Assembly (NCBI GenBank): GCA_951406725.2
Contig: OX597819.1
Span: forward strand, 105,090,001-105,154,000
DNA length: 64,000 nucleotides
DNA from: Octopus vulgaris
Taxonomy: Eukaryota
Direction: 5' to 3'
Below are positions 34,323-48,490 of this stretch, one piece after another. Each line of letters opens with the position of its first letter. The first letter of the stretch is position 1. A program made the position numbers and the translations under genes. Below the pieces are notes generated by a model, which made no database searches, was not told the origin of the DNA, and saw nothing but the letters and a program-made list of their open reading frames with translations.

Positions 34323-36719
34323 TTAGTTGGGTACTTGTATTATTCAGGACTATTGAATCACCAAGTTATGGGGCATAAATGAATACATGAACACAAAAAT
34401 ATGCACAAACATTAATATTTATGTACGAGACATGTTGGAAAACCAATATAAATTAGTAATAAAACTCAAGAGTCAAGAATATTTAAGTGTTTCACAATGA
34501 AATATTGAACAGATGTGTATGTATACATCATTAACTGCTATGTACAAACAAAAGTGAAAGGCGAAAATATGGGTTAGAAAACACTGAACAAAATTAGCAT
34601 CCATTTCATTAAAATAATAAAAAATTATAAAAACACTTGTGGTAGTGGTAAAATGCTCTTGTTTTAGAGGAACTAATACTGGTGTATCTTAAACTAATGT
34701 ATCTATATATCCTATCAATGTTTGTTCTCTCTTGACCAATGTATCTTGCTTTTAAATTTATCTATCAAAACCAGTGTATCTCTTTTGTCTGGTCCAATAT
34801 ATCTGTATGTACATTTACATTTGTTAGTATACATGTTAGAATCTTCTTCACACAGCTTGTGTGTGTGTGTGTGTGTTTGTGTTTTATCTTGATCATCAAT
34901 TCACAGATTTTTTTTACCAGCTGCAATTCATTTTATATGTCAGTGTCTATGTATCTGCCTTATTTATCTATTTGTTTGTCTACTGTTTGTTCTCTTACTT
35001 TCACTATTATATTTCCATTATTTCCTCTCATTTTTTCCTTTATAATTTTTGTTTTTCATCTGTTAAATCTGCTAATGATGAAAAGGTCATTCTAAATATA
35101 CAATTTTGAATGAAACATTTACTTATATTGACACGGGATTCTCTGATAAGCATCGTTCCGCATGTAAATCCCCTCTCCCACTGTAATTTTTCCTCCGTTG
35201 TGTATATATATATATATATTTTTGCTGAGTGCAAATTTTGTCTTTCTTTGCTAAGTATGTGCACGTCCATTACAAGTAATCGGATCCAAGTGAGCATTGC
35301 TCAAATTTCTTCAATTAAAACATATCCGATTTCATGTGTGCACATTTACATTTTGCGTACTAGTTGTAAAACAAATTTGTGTGCACATGTGCCTAGCTTT
35401 GAACACTGCCCACATCCTTGCCGATCCTTGTACCAAGTTTATATCATCATTTTAACGTCTACTTTTTCCATGCTTGTACGGGCCAAGCGAAATTCGTTAA
35501 GGCAGACTGTCAATGAGTGGTGTCCTGACCTGTTCCCAAGCAAAGTGATATTTCCCTGTGACCTGACACGTTTTCACGAAAGATTGGAAACAATAAAACA
35601 TATTACATATATGTTTACAGTTGTAAACGAGTGTGACTGCCTTATAAGCGATAGTTACCGACCAATGTCAAGACAAGTACATACACGCTTGCACACGCGC
35701 GTTATGATATAGGATGAAATGCATTGTGATATTTATTTTAACACTTGGCGTTTTGAGTTCAAATACAGTTGAGGCCAACATTGTCTTTCATCCTCCAGGG
35801 ATCGTGAAATGAAGTACCAGTATTGGGAGGTAGACTGGTGGAAACGTTAGAGCGTCAGATGAGATATTTGTTTTGGCTCTTTGCATTCTGAGTTCAAATC
35901 TCACCATATCCTACATGCACAGTAGATTTAGTCTGGCTCCCAGTTTAATACTACCACCTGGCAACTTGCATTCCTATAGCAGAATTTTTTCAGTTGCAAA
36001 CAACCAGACCAGGCCAGTGGTTTGAGGGTACCTTTTTCTCACCTGTCTCAGATGCCTTATAATGGATCACGGGAACGGCCTTTTCCTACTAATTTATAGT
36101 TTTTAAAAAAATGTCTTGTATTACTTAGAGCAGTGTCTACATCATTGTAACACAGAACAGGGACTGCCTTGGTTGGTGTTGAGTGTATTTGAAACCATGA
36201 GTCGGTCCGTGGGGCAACTAGATGAAATGTTTTTGTTTTTAGTAAATGTAAATCAAAATATTTTGGAAACCATTGTATTGCTAGGGGCATAGCTGAAAAT
36301 TTGCCTTCATGTATCATCTAATTTACAAGCAGAATTTTGCGTATGAATGTAGAGAATTACATACAGAAGTGTCGAAGAGGAAGACCCAAGGAAACATGGA
36401 ATGAAGTATTGAAGGCTGATCTCAAGACACTGAGCTTTACGAAGGAGATGACTTCGGGTTGAGACATCCGGCACATGCTGTACCTAAGAGGATCAGCAGA
36501 ATTGACACTGGTGTCACATTTAAAGTACCCAGTACACTACGGAGTAGTTAGTGTTAAGAAGGGCGTCCAGGAAAAATGGAGCCTGGTGCAGCCCCTTATC
36601 TTACCAGCTCTGGACGAACCGCCCAGCTTGTGTCAGCTTGGAAAACGGATGTTCGATGGTGATGAATATGATGCAGTTAATTTCTTATTCACTTTCTCTA
36701 AGTCAATGGGAGGATTTCA

Positions 36720-37132
36720 GGATCTTTTCGGTTTGAACGGCAGTTTTTTCTAGCGGTGTCATATGAAATTGTCACCCATAATTATGACCCTAGTATCGAT
36801 CTATATTGCATTTCAATCTGTTTTAGGGTTGGGGTTAGGGGTGGGGGGAAGGGTATCTTTTTTTTCTTCACTAATGTAAATAAACCCAATCTGTTTCTTA
36901 AACGAGGGACATATTCATACGGCACAGAATGTTTTTTTTACCTCAATGTACGTCATTGATTGGTAGAAATTGAAGAAAATAACAACAAATATCTTACAAA
37001 CTATAGAATTTTCTCAATAAAGCCAAGAGAAAAAGATGTTTTATAAACACATTCTACCAATATACGAAGTTTAATTTTTTTTTAGTTACCTAGAAATTAT
37101 GTTAAAAACTGCCGTTCAAACCGAAAAGATCC
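36720..37132. mobile_element. GGATCTTTTC-family MITE with ~29-bp TIRs
   Basis: GGATCTTTTCGGTTTGAACGGCAGTTTTT ... AAAAACTGCCGTTCAAACCGAAAAGATCC. Perfect 8-bp TSD GGATTTCA (36712-36719, 37133-37140). Internal TTAGGG-like G-tracts. Confidence 0.88.
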
Positions 37133-38777
37133 GGATTTCATCTTAACTTAACTCCTTTATATGTCTCTACTTTCATATACTAATTCAAAAGACATAATGC
37201 TGTTAAGTTTTCTCATTCACCTCTGTTGGCTCATGACAAGAGTTCAGCTTAACTCCATTATCTGCTGGGTACATTGTCTTTACTGGTTATATTGATGACT
37301 TTTAAGTTGTCTGAGCAAGTGAGAAAAAGTGTAATGTTTTTATTAGTCACAGTAGCTGGAAGACTGTTTTACTTGTGTCTAGGTCACATTTTAGCTACAG
37401 ACAAAAAAAGAAGAAAAAAAAAACGTCCAAGATGGAATTGGGAAGTTTAAGAGTAGATTCTGTAAAATGTCTATTCTACGTTTCCGCCCCCTTCCTCTAT
37501 TTGCAAAGAAAGAAAAAGGAAAAAAAAACTGGGAAAAAATATAAGTGAAGAAAAGGCCTTGTTTAGTTTGTCCAAAGAATAACTACTTCACTTGTTTCTT
37601 ATATAAAAAAAAAAAAAAGTCCTTTCGCTCCCTATGGCTTTTAGTAGTTAACTGAATTAGATCTACTAACTACATTTTCACATAAATATTGTGTCATTTG
37701 ATCTCATGTTTCTTTATGTCTGTTGAAAACTTTTGAAATGTTTGTGGTATAGTTGTTTTTCTTTTCCTTTTTACTGTTTTTTTCTCCTTTTTTTTTTACA
37801 TTCTCAAAAGTTTTGACATGAAATACAAAAATGAAATAAAGATGACTATAGTAAAAGAAATAAAAAAAATTATAACATCGAATTTAGAGGTTTATCTTTC
37901 CCCCTTCTTTTTCGTACTACTGATTACAAAACCTCTGAGCGGTTATTGAAAATATGCAAGCCGAAACATGTAGACATCAGCTATTTCAAACCTCCTACTG
38001 GGTTAACAAAAACTACTTCCAGTTATTCATTTGAACCTCCAAATACTGTAAAGCAACATTTCCTCCTCTCATCTTTTTTTCTTCTTTTGGAATTTAAAAA
38101 AAAATGTTTTCTTTTAAAACATGTTTTGCATTTAGACGAGTAAAGATTCTGTATTAGACGCTCAACATCCATTTTTGTACTTTGTTAGGTGTCAGTTGGT
38201 ATTGGCTTTGATTACCTTCAGGTGCCATGATTTTTGTTTTTTTACTTACAAACATATTGCATTTGGCTAGCTATATTTTACCTTTAGATCTTTTATTGGA
38301 ACTAATATGGTTTTCAACATTCTTTACTATCCCCGTTTTATCCTGTATTCTCTGGAGTCGTTTAATAGTTTTGACAGGTTAGATAAAGACATTTGCATGT
38401 TTTAATTTTACTGTAAAAGATGCCAAAGAAAAGAAAAAAATCTACAACTGTCATTAAGTATGTGCAGCAGTAGTAGTAGTAGTTGTAAGCTCCTGGTCAG
38501 CCTTGGTTGCGTAGGCCTATGACAATGGTCTTTCCAGCCATGACCATCCCATTTTTTATGGCTGTGTGGTTAAGATTGTTTCACAACCACATAGTCTTGG
38601 GGTCAGTCCTCTGGCAACTTGTACTAGTGTTTTCTTCTATAACCTGAGTCAACCAAAGCTTTACAAATGGATTTGGGAGATGGAAACTGAAAGAAGCCCA
38701 TTGTGTGTGTGTGTGTGTGTATGTAGTAGCAGTTTGACTCAGTCCCATATGACTTAAAGTTACATATGTTAGAGCTG

Positions 38778-38812
<35 letters not shown>

Positions 38813-39999
38813 ATGGTCATATTTGGAAAAGGGTATCATTCATTTCCAATCTGTGAAAACATATCCGACCATGGAGAAATATTAGCTTGCTTGGAAACCA
38901 GTGAGGATTGGTGACAGGAAGAGTATAGAAAATCTAGCTGTAGAAAATCTGCTTCAGCAAATTCTGACCTATGTCAGCATGAAAAAGTGGACATTAAAAT
39001 AATGAAGATGAGGATGATGGCCACAATGTATCCTTCATATCATAACACAATGTGGTGTGATTTGAAGGATATTTGACTGCTATGCCTGGTGTAATAATTC
39101 TAGCCAGATTTACTTGAAGCTACACCATGTCATCAACACAGCCTAGTGTTGAGAGGATTATAGAATATTGTTTACAATTGTGAAAAATGGTCATATTTGG
39201 AAAAGGGTTTTCCATGCAGATGGCATCCCCAAGTAATTAACCTGTGATTTCTTTTTAAGAATATGTTAAATTTTCATGTTGGTTTGTGTACAATATTATA
39301 CATCCATTCAGTTATACTTTCATCACTACTGTGATACTTATTTGAAATTATAAAATGATATTAGTAATTGAGCTAATGTTATATTTTCTTCACTTCATAA
39401 TTATTCTTAAATATTTTCTTCTTTTGTGTGTTCTCTGCATTAAATATGTAAATACTAACTTCACTGGAACAAATGAAATTTTGTACCTCATCAAAGGGAT
39501 AGGAAATATAGTGGTACACTGATATTTCTGGTGACTTGATTGAAGAAAGTCGAGTTGAATGACTTGTCTAAGGGGTGTATAACAATGCTGAGGATTTTTT
39601 AGATAGGGCATTAGCCCTTAGAGTCGAAATGACACTGGATTGAAAAGTACAACAGTGTATCATCATATAGAAGAAACACAGTGTCTAAATCAAAGTTGGG
39701 ATGATCATGATTGGAATGTTTTTCGGCATTGGACTGTTCAATCGTAGCTGACCCATGGTTAAACAACAGTAACAAAGACGACTATTAACATTATTGCTTA
39801 TCAATTATTGTTCTTTTCCCCCATAATGTGCTGCCAAGAAACATACTTCAGTATCTTAATCATACATTTCTAATGAAACATGCACATGCATGCACCTTCA
39901 GTTATTAACTGTTTGGTTATTATTATCTACCTGACCATCGTGCCTTGTTCCCAGTTATCATCTGATAAGATTGGAATGTCTGTTCTTCCATTTGTTTTG

Positions 40000-40780
40000 G
40001 AAGTGGTGCATTCCACAGAATAGATGGTCCAGTTGCCAACACCTTCTGTGCAGCAGGTTTGGTATGTTGTGGCAGATAATGTATAGACATGTGCTGATTG
40101 GAATGTGCATTTAGAAATTCTTAGATAGTGTGTAGGTGTGGTTACTGTTTGTCAGACTCATGATTCCAACTCTGATGGAGTTGCAATCATGAGTGAAGCA
40201 AGAGTGAAGACTGTTTCTGGTGTATGGAATGTCATTAGTTGTTCACTGCCCTCTTCCACTCAGTTGGTAGAACATCCATGTTAGCATTCTAAGAAAGACT
40301 AATAGTGGACAAGTGTGGTGTTTGTGGGGAAAATCTAGATGTTGATAAGAATCAACTGGCTACACTATTTCAGAGAACTTTTAATCCAAGTACTATGGAC
40401 AACTCCCAAAATTCCCTGACTTGGTAGTGCCACGGGAGGCATTGTCAATTAGCGATAAGCTTTTTAGTCTCAGAAGTGCTATCAGACAGGTCTGACTGAG
40501 ATGCCTGCAGAGCAACAGAATGATTGTGCATACATTTGTTTAGCATCTGATATATGAAGTTATATTGACGTAGGCTGGATCTGGGTATCTGGTAAGTCCA
40601 TTGCTGAGACCAATTGCTGCCTTCTTTTTGGACAGGAGTTTAGTTTCACCATCCTCCTGGGTGCCTGTAATGGATCATGTGAGCTCACCATCAATTTAGG
40701 TTCCCCATGCATGTTCTTAATTTGTCAACATTTGCCATTCCACTGCCGTGAAGCAAGTTGTTGACATAGGTTAGATGTTA
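40000..40780 (-). pseudogene. Highly decayed LINE APE-endonuclease-like segment
   Basis: Scattered minus-strand motifs QWNG, GTQE, GILGVV and HDCNS occur in the order expected for APE domains; many stops. Confidence 0.35.
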
Positions 40781-42181
40781 TATCAGGAAGGATAGTTTTT
40801 TTCCCTTCTTTTTGGTGGTTATGACTGAAGACGTATACTTTCCTCTTTGGTCAAGTCCCATTTGGAGAGGGAGGAGTTGCCCTTCAGTAAATTTGTTGAA
40901 AGGTGATGAGAATGAGGAGTACGAGGAGTACGGTCTGATTAAAGGACCTACTTATAGCATGTTCCTGTAGGCTTGGAAATATAGCTGGGAGAAGGGCACT
41001 TACTTTTGATGGTCAGGGTATGTTGGTTGGGTTCCTTGAATGGTTCTGAGGGTCCTCTTGGGTATTTATCATATGTATAATCTGTTAGTTTTTATTTCAT
41101 TCAATTTCTGTGTCAACCTCCTTATTTTTTTATAACTTATCTCTGTAATATCCCCTCATTTGTCACTAAAATGTGGGAGTGTTTTGTCGTTTGACTCCCA
41201 AGTTAGCTCTAATTCTGCAGGCATATGGTCAGTGATATTCCAGCCATGCCCATCATGTTTTTCCCCCCCAGAAATATTGTACTTTGAATTACATAAATCA
41301 ATATTTTTTGTCAAGGAGGCAGGGTGTGGTTTGAAGGATATATAGCTGCAATTTCTAGCTGGTTGACTGACTACTTAGAAGCTCCCCAATAGCTTGTATG
41401 TTGTGAAGTTTGTTTTGTGAGTGTTAATGAATGTTTCTGTTGAATATGTACTGTGTAAGGCATGTACATACCCTACATGTCCCTTACTCAGTACATGTAA
41501 GGTGTGTGTTGTGCCTAGTAGGGCTATTTTTGGAGTGTATATAACATTTTTATTCTTATTTCTTCCTTTTTTTTGCATGTTGTTTTATGTAATCTCATAC
41601 TCCATCCTCCATCTTTTTATGAATCTTTGTAGATAATGAAGAAAGCATTGTAATAATAAATATTATTGTTGCTATTATACAAAAGCTATTCCATACTGAT
41701 TTAATTTGCAGAAATGTTATTCTAAGGTTTATTGACAAGACATTGTTGTTAATATCATTTGGTGGAATTGTTAGAGCATTGGAGAAAAATACTTTGCAGT
41801 TTTCTTTTGGTTTTTTACAATTCTGAGTTCAAACCGCTATGGTCAACTTTTGCTTTTCATCCCTACAGGCTCAATAAAGTATCAGTCAAGCACTGGGGTC
41901 AATATAATTAACTAACCGTCTAAAATTGACTGCATTGTGCCTAAATTTGAAACCATTATTATCAAAATTGGAAGACTTGTGCCAAAATTATTATTATTTA
42001 TTATTATTATTAAGGCAGTGAGCTGGCAGAATTGGGAACATGCCAGGCAAAATGCTTAGTCAACTTTGTCTTTTCACCCTTTTGGAGTCACTAAAATGAG
42101 TATCGGTTCAGCATTGAGGTTTATGTAATAGACTCCTTCCCTTCCCCCAACTTTCTGGCCTTGTGCCAAAATTTGAAATTA

Positions 42182-42528
42182 TTGCCTCCACCTCAGTGAA
42201 GGTGAAGGTATTGTTTTTCAGTCTTGTTTGTTTGCCCGTGGACAAAATATCTCAAGAACTGCTGGATGGATTTAGATGAAACTTCCAGGGATGTTTGGCC
42301 TTGTGACTGGCACAAACTGATTAGAATACCAGGCAAAGATTCTGGATTATTTTTCCTGTGTTTTTACTTAATCTTTGAGAGCAGTCGGGTTCATTTTTAG
42401 TATGCGTGTTTGTGAGAGCAGTCGAGTTTATTTCAGATATTCTCATTTTAAAACTCATCTCTGGCTAATCATTGAGAGGACGTTTGTGTTGCTTTGGTGG
42501 AGGTTTGCACTCTCTGAGTGCTCTTGTT
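42182..42528 (+). mobile_element. HINE-like element, second copy
   Basis: Colinear with 30962-31330 (GTGGACAAAATATCTCAAGAACTGCTGGATG...GCACTCTCTGAGTGC). Confidence 0.65.
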
Positions 42529-45500
42529 CTTATTAGTTTAATGATGAATGGTCAAATTATTAGATCACCATTTAAAATGCTTTACAGATGAGATGACTCA
42601 GAATTGAGATGAGTGTTGATTTTCAGTATTACTGTATCTATCCAATCTGTGCAGCATGATAAAAAAGAAATCCCCAAAACAAAGAACCCATTAAGCTGAT
42701 GTTGTTGATGATAATAATTATTATGTTCACATTGCCACATACTTATAAACACACACACACTTTGCACATGCAGTTTCTTATACAACAGTTAAACATAATT
42801 TTATTACATATCCACAAGGTGTGTAACAACATAAAAATTATAGCATTACCTTTAACTTACGACTGACAGTCTACCCTTAAAGATGATCTGTCTGACAGAT
42901 ATTAAATTATAATGTAGTCAATAAAAAAAAAAAAATCAATTGGTTGCAACATTTTGGGTACAAAATAATTGATGTACAAAACATCAATTTTAGGAGTCAC
43001 CACACCAATAGCAACATTTTCTGACAAGCAATAAAAAAGACATAGAATGGAAAAAAAAATAAAAGTAAAAATAGGAAATTGCTCTGGGAAAATTAGGTTG
43101 TTTTGATACTGTTGTGAGAAGCTCTAGTTTTGTGAAAAGGTATCAACAGATGGTGATCATGAGAATATAATATAAACTAGCTAGCTGTTGTAATGGATGT
43201 TGAAAGACATAGGGGAAATGTGTCTGTCTAACATCAAAATATAGGTCATTTATTGAATTATAGTCTAAATTCCTTGAATTAAACCTGTAGCTTTATTGTA
43301 ATGAAGCTAATGTAAGTACATCTAAATATGTAACTGAAATGTTGCCAGCCCTTCTTTTCACCATGTGTTGCACTTCCCTAATCAATCTATACCTCTCACT
43401 CTGACTACTTCTCTGAGGTAAAGAAAGAGAATTAACTTGTACCTCCCACTGTCTCTTATAGCGACCCCCACCACTCTGAAGAATGAAACAGAAAGTGTAA
43501 GAAAGAAGGAGAGAGTTTTTTTTTTTTTCTGTCATGAGAATATCATTTGGTCTGCTCTCTATATTGCTGTCCAGCAACATTTTCCCCATATGGTGAAAAT
43601 GTATGGCCTACTGGTTAGGGTGTTGCACTCTTGATCATAAGATTGTGGTTTGTTTTGATTTTTAGGCCAGGTGGTGCATTTTGTTCTTGAGCAAAACACT
43701 CCATTTCACATTGCTCCAGTTCACTCAAACTATAATTGAATTCCATCAATAACTGGGAAGTTAACCCTATGACGGACCAGCATCCCATTCAGTGGGGAGG
43801 CTTGTAATCTCAGTCACTTATACACCATGGAAACCAGCTTAAGCTCTTACCTTACGAGTCCTAAGGCTGGTGACTGACCCTTGTCTAAGGTGACATCAGT
43901 GTATATCAGCTGGTGTTGTTTAATAGGGGAACTTCTACATAGTTACTTGACAGGCTGGAAATAGCAGCCAAATCTCCCTCAAATCTCATGCTAAAATGTA
44001 TTGTATAAAATAGTCCCTGATGGACAAAAAGGTGATATGTTTATGACTTGAACAACTTTCACCAACTGGATCAGGATTGATCTTGGATCAGTCGACAACG
44101 ATGAAGATAACAAAGAAAGACTAGTGCATTTCCTGAACCTGCTAGAAATAGTTGTCACATTTCTTTCAGATCATATCCTAATATCTTAAATAATACATCT
44201 GCCAAGCTACTCCTCTATGTATGAAAATAATGAGAAAATAATAATTATTTGCCTTTCATACCTTTGAGGTCGATAAAATAAAATATCAGCTTATTTTGAA
44301 AAAGAATGAAAAATTTCCCACACCTGCCTTGTAACGTACCTGGTGATCTTATTAGTGCTGATGGCACGCAGAAAGCATCCAGTACACCATGTAAGGTGGT
44401 TGGTGTTAGAAAGGGTAATTTAGCCAGAGAAAACATACCAAAACTGCTACTGGAGCTCATTGCAGCCCTCCTGTTTGCTGGATCCTATCAAGCCATCCAA
44501 CCTATGCCAGCATGAAAAATAGATGTTAAATGACAATATGTGTGCACACACATTTCTGTAAACCAAATCTACTCTCAGGGATTTGGTTGGCCCTAGGCTA
44601 TAAAAGGAGACTCTTGTCTAAGGTGCTACACAATATGATTGAACCAAAAACAATGTAGTTGGGAAGCAAAGATATTAACTGCACAGCCCTGTTTGCATCT
44701 GTTATTTACTTTTATTAATTCTATCAGAGAATATCTGCTGTTGATAGGTATGGTAACATAAGGGCTTTATCATATTTTTCTCATAAGTTGTAGGAATGGA
44801 ATCTTATCAAAATAGAAAGTAGGTTGGAGTAAACTATTGAACCAAATAAGTGGTATCAACAAACTTTATTATAAATTTGTCTTTTGACTGGGACTTTGTT
44901 TTTTTTTGATTTAATGATATGGAGACATAAGGGCTAGACAACTACTTTCAAAAAAGACAAAACTGAAATCCATCTTTCATTTAACCAGTATTTTTTTTTC
45001 TTTTTTTTTTGAGTGTGGAGGAAAGGGCATTACTCATGACATTTGCAGGCCCTTGGAGATCAGTGAGCTTGATGTCATTAGTATTATATTTAAATCATTG
45101 CAGATCAACAGTTGCAAGAAACATGTGTGTAAAAGAAAAGATTCCAGAAAACCAATGTTCTAAGGAGAAATGACTAGGAATAATGGTTTGTGCAAGGCCA
45201 ATGGGGCTGGATGCACTGGGGTTGAGGAGAGGTGGAAAGATAGTGGATTAGGAATGCTAGATGTTTAGAAGTACAAGACCAGCCAGCTCTGATGAACAGA
45301 GACTATTGTAGCAACAACAGAAAAGACAGAGAAGAGACAGTAAACCTAATGGCCAGGGGCTGTTAGTGATTGAAATTTAGTTAAGTGGCTCTTGTCTGGA
45401 TGTAGTTCAGGATGTTTGTGTATATAGAAGCAGCACTATTCCAAATGTAGGAGCAGTACACTATGAGGGCCCCATTTAAATTTTTTTTATTCAAGATGTG

Positions 45501-46089
45501 GTCAATAGTTTATAATCAGTTGATATTGAAAGATGTGCATAAGATAAAACAAAATTTACCTGTTTGGAGTACATTGACTTAAATAGATTAATCACACCTC
45601 AGTTTTTCCACTGATAAGTCATAGTAAACAACAAATTTTTATCTTTTGAAAAGAAGTAATTTGCTAAGCTGGTTGATAAATCATGATTGATAACTTTCGT
45701 TAATAAATGGTTACATTTATTACTTGGACTTCTTGAGACCAATAAAAGAAATAATTAAGTTCAAATCCTGTGAGAATCATCTTTGTCTATCATCCTTCCA
45801 GGATCAATTAAATAATGTACTGGTCAAGCACTAGGATTGATGGTATAGTCTAACCACTTCTTAAAATTGTTGGTCTAAGCTGGAGGAATTGTTAGATTGT
45901 TTGAAAAAAGCTTTACAGTACTTCTTCATGCTCACTACATTGTTAGTTCAAGTCCTGCTGAGGTTGATGTTGCCTTTCAGCCCTCTAAGGTCTATAAAAT
46001 AAAGTACCAGTCAAATACTGGGATTGATAGAATTGATTAACCTCTCTCCTCAAAATTGCTGACTTTATGCCTAAATTAGAAGCAGTTAT

Positions 46090-46440
46090 TACCTCCGCCT
46101 TCTCTCAGGTGGAGGCATTGTTTTCAGTTGTGTTTGTTTGTTTGTCTGTGGACAAGATATCTCAAAAACCACTGGTTGGATTCAGATGAAACTTTCAGGG
46201 ATGATTGGTCTTGTGACTGGCATGAACTGATTAGATTTTGGGATTGATCTGATACCAGACAAGGGTTCTAGATTATTTTTCCAGTTTTTTTACTTAATTT
46301 TTGAGAGTGGTTGTGTTCATTATTAGTATTCTCGTTTGTGAGAGCACTCGAGTTTATTTCAGATATTCCCATTTTAAAAATCATCTCTGGTTAATTGTTG
46401 AGAGGACGTTGGTGTTGCCTTGGTCGAGGTTTGTACTCTT
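46090..46440 (+). mobile_element. HINE-like element, third copy
   Basis: TACCTCCGCC...GGTGGAGG 5' hairpin; colinear with the other two copies. Confidence 0.65.
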
Positions 46441-47042
46441 ATTATTATTATTATTGGCAGAACCATCACTATGCTGGACAAAATGCTTAGTAGTATGTCT
46501 TCTGGCTGTTTATGTACTGAGTTCAAACACCACAGAAGTCGACTTTAATTACTGGGATCAGCAGTATTCCCTAATCCCTCCCACCAGAATTGTAGACCTT
46601 ATGCCAAAATTTGAAACATTTATTATTATTGAGCTAGCAGAATTTTTAGCAGCATTTTGTCCATCTGTACATTCTGGGTTCAAATTCCACTGAGGTCAGT
46701 TTTGCCTTTTATCCTTTCAGGGTTGATAAAATAAGTACTAGCCAAAATGTGAAACTATTATTATATCCAATCCCCACCTCACTTCCACCTCACCAGCCCG
46801 TGTGTCTACCCTGTTCCGTACTCTCATTCTCACTCCCACTCCTTAATTATGTTTCACTTTCACCTTTTCTTTCTCATGTTTTATCTAACTCCCTCCCTCT
46901 TATACTCACCACTTGGTCTCTCTCTCTCTCTCTCTCTCTACTTCCACTCTATATATATGAGTGTTTTACTAATACATCTGTTTGTTGTCTACACCACCTG
47001 TCTTTGTCTTTCGTTTTTTTGTGAATTTTCCCTATATATATA

Positions 47043-47427
47043 TATGCAATAAAGGGTGGAATATAATTAATTTAATAAAATTAATCAATTTCACCTAGTA
47101 GATTTATCAGTATGGAAAAGACCATATTTGGTAAGGGTTATAATAATTATAATTAAGGGTTAAATGCAACAAGTTGCTCAAAACCACATACCGAAAATAT
47201 TAGAAATAGCAGCCAAAATTGCTCACCATTTCCTCTACTATTAAAAAGTCTCCACAAACAAACAGAATTTGTAAGCTGTATATGGCATATACAGCTTACA
47301 AATTCTGTTTGTTTGTGGAGACTTTTTAATAGTAGAGGAAATGGTGAGCAATTTTGGCTGCTATTTCTAATATTTTCGGTATGTGGTTTTGAGCAACTTG
47401 TTGCATTTAACCCATAATTATAATTAT
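47043..47427. mobile_element. 257-bp palindrome (47157-47413) with one-sided ~110-nt tail, inserted in (TA)n
   Basis: Arms GGGTTAAATGCAAC... and ...GTTGCATTTAACCC with a 1-nt loop at 47285; flanked by (TA)n. Confidence 0.7.
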
Positions 47428-47924
47428 ATATATATATATATATATAAATATGATGAGCTTCTATCAGTTTCCGTCTACTCAATCCACTCACAAGCTATAG
47501 TAGAAGACGCTTACCCAAGGTGCCACATAGTGCGACTGAACCTGGAACCATGTTGTTGGTAAGCAAGCTACTTACCACACAACCTGCATATATACACACT
47601 TCTATATATGTATATATGCACACACACACATCTGTGGTCTAGTGGTTAGAGTGTTGCCCTCACTATCACTAGATCATGTGTTTGATTCCCAGACTGAGCA
47701 GTGTGTTGTGTCTTTGAGCAAAGCACTTCATCTCGTGTTGCTCTGTGGTCACTTCAACACCTTTACATTTGTGCACCTGTACAAACAACGTCGATTTGAT
47801 GGTGAGAGTGAGCTAATGTACAATGCATACATTTGATCACTCTAAACAAATCATTTGTGTAGGTCGTTCAGCAAAAAACTGAGCACTCATACATCGTCTT
47901 TGACAGGAAAATCCATCATTATTA

Positions 47925-48490
47925 TTGGGTTGTCTGGAAAGTTCGTGTCAATTTTTAAAGGAAAGAAAAAGGTCAATAAATACTTGCCATTACATTTTTA
48001 ATCAACTAAATATGAACCAATTTGTTGCACAATGCGTCTCCATCTTTCCTTTAACTTGAAAATATGCCCTTCCCAGAATTGAGATGGTTTCATGTCAAAG
48101 AGTTCATCAAGGTATCTTTTTATGTCATCCAAGGAATTGAAATCTTTACTTTTAAGACTATTCTGCAGAAACCTGAATAAGTGGAAATCCAAAGGAGCAA
48201 TATCTGGTGAATATGGAGGGTGGGGTAACACATCCCAGCCGAGCTGCAGCAATTTTTGTTTGGTTCCCAAAGCATCAAGTGCAGAAAATGAACTTTCTTA
48301 TCTTCCATTTTAAATGGTTACAGAATTAACACAGGTTATAGGAACATAAACCTTCTTCCATGAAAAGATAGCTTAAACTGTGCTATAAATGGAGGTGTAG
48401 TAAAATCCTATTTTATAGACTCAACCATGTTCTAAAATAAGTCGAAAAGTAAGCTACTATAAATCGGCACGAACTTTCTGGACAACCCAA
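47925..48490 (-). mobile_element. Internally deleted mariner transposon
   Basis: TIRs TTGGGTTGTCTGGAAAGTTCGTG / CACGAACTTTCTGGACAACCCAA and TA TSDs. Transposase start MEDKKVHFLHLM (48308) is joined to a C-terminal fragment. Confidence 0.93.
47998..48270 (-). pseudogene. Mariner transposase C-terminal fragment
   Basis: LGWDVLPHPPYSPDIAPLDFHLF matches the mariner YSPDLAPSD motif; C-terminal ERWRRIVQQIGSY. Confidence 0.92.

Noticed and set aside
35110-35712. Longest ORF in the track (200 aa)
   Set aside because: Runs through (TA)n and a decayed RTE-tail repeat; no recognisable domain or exon structure.
37934-37975. GCCGAAACATGTAG resembling a hammerhead 3' half
   Set aside because: Upstream core reads CTGAGCG and stem I is unsupported.
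47080-47115. Minus-strand CTGATAA-stem-GAAA motif
   Set aside because: G8 is lost without compensation and stem I cannot be formed.
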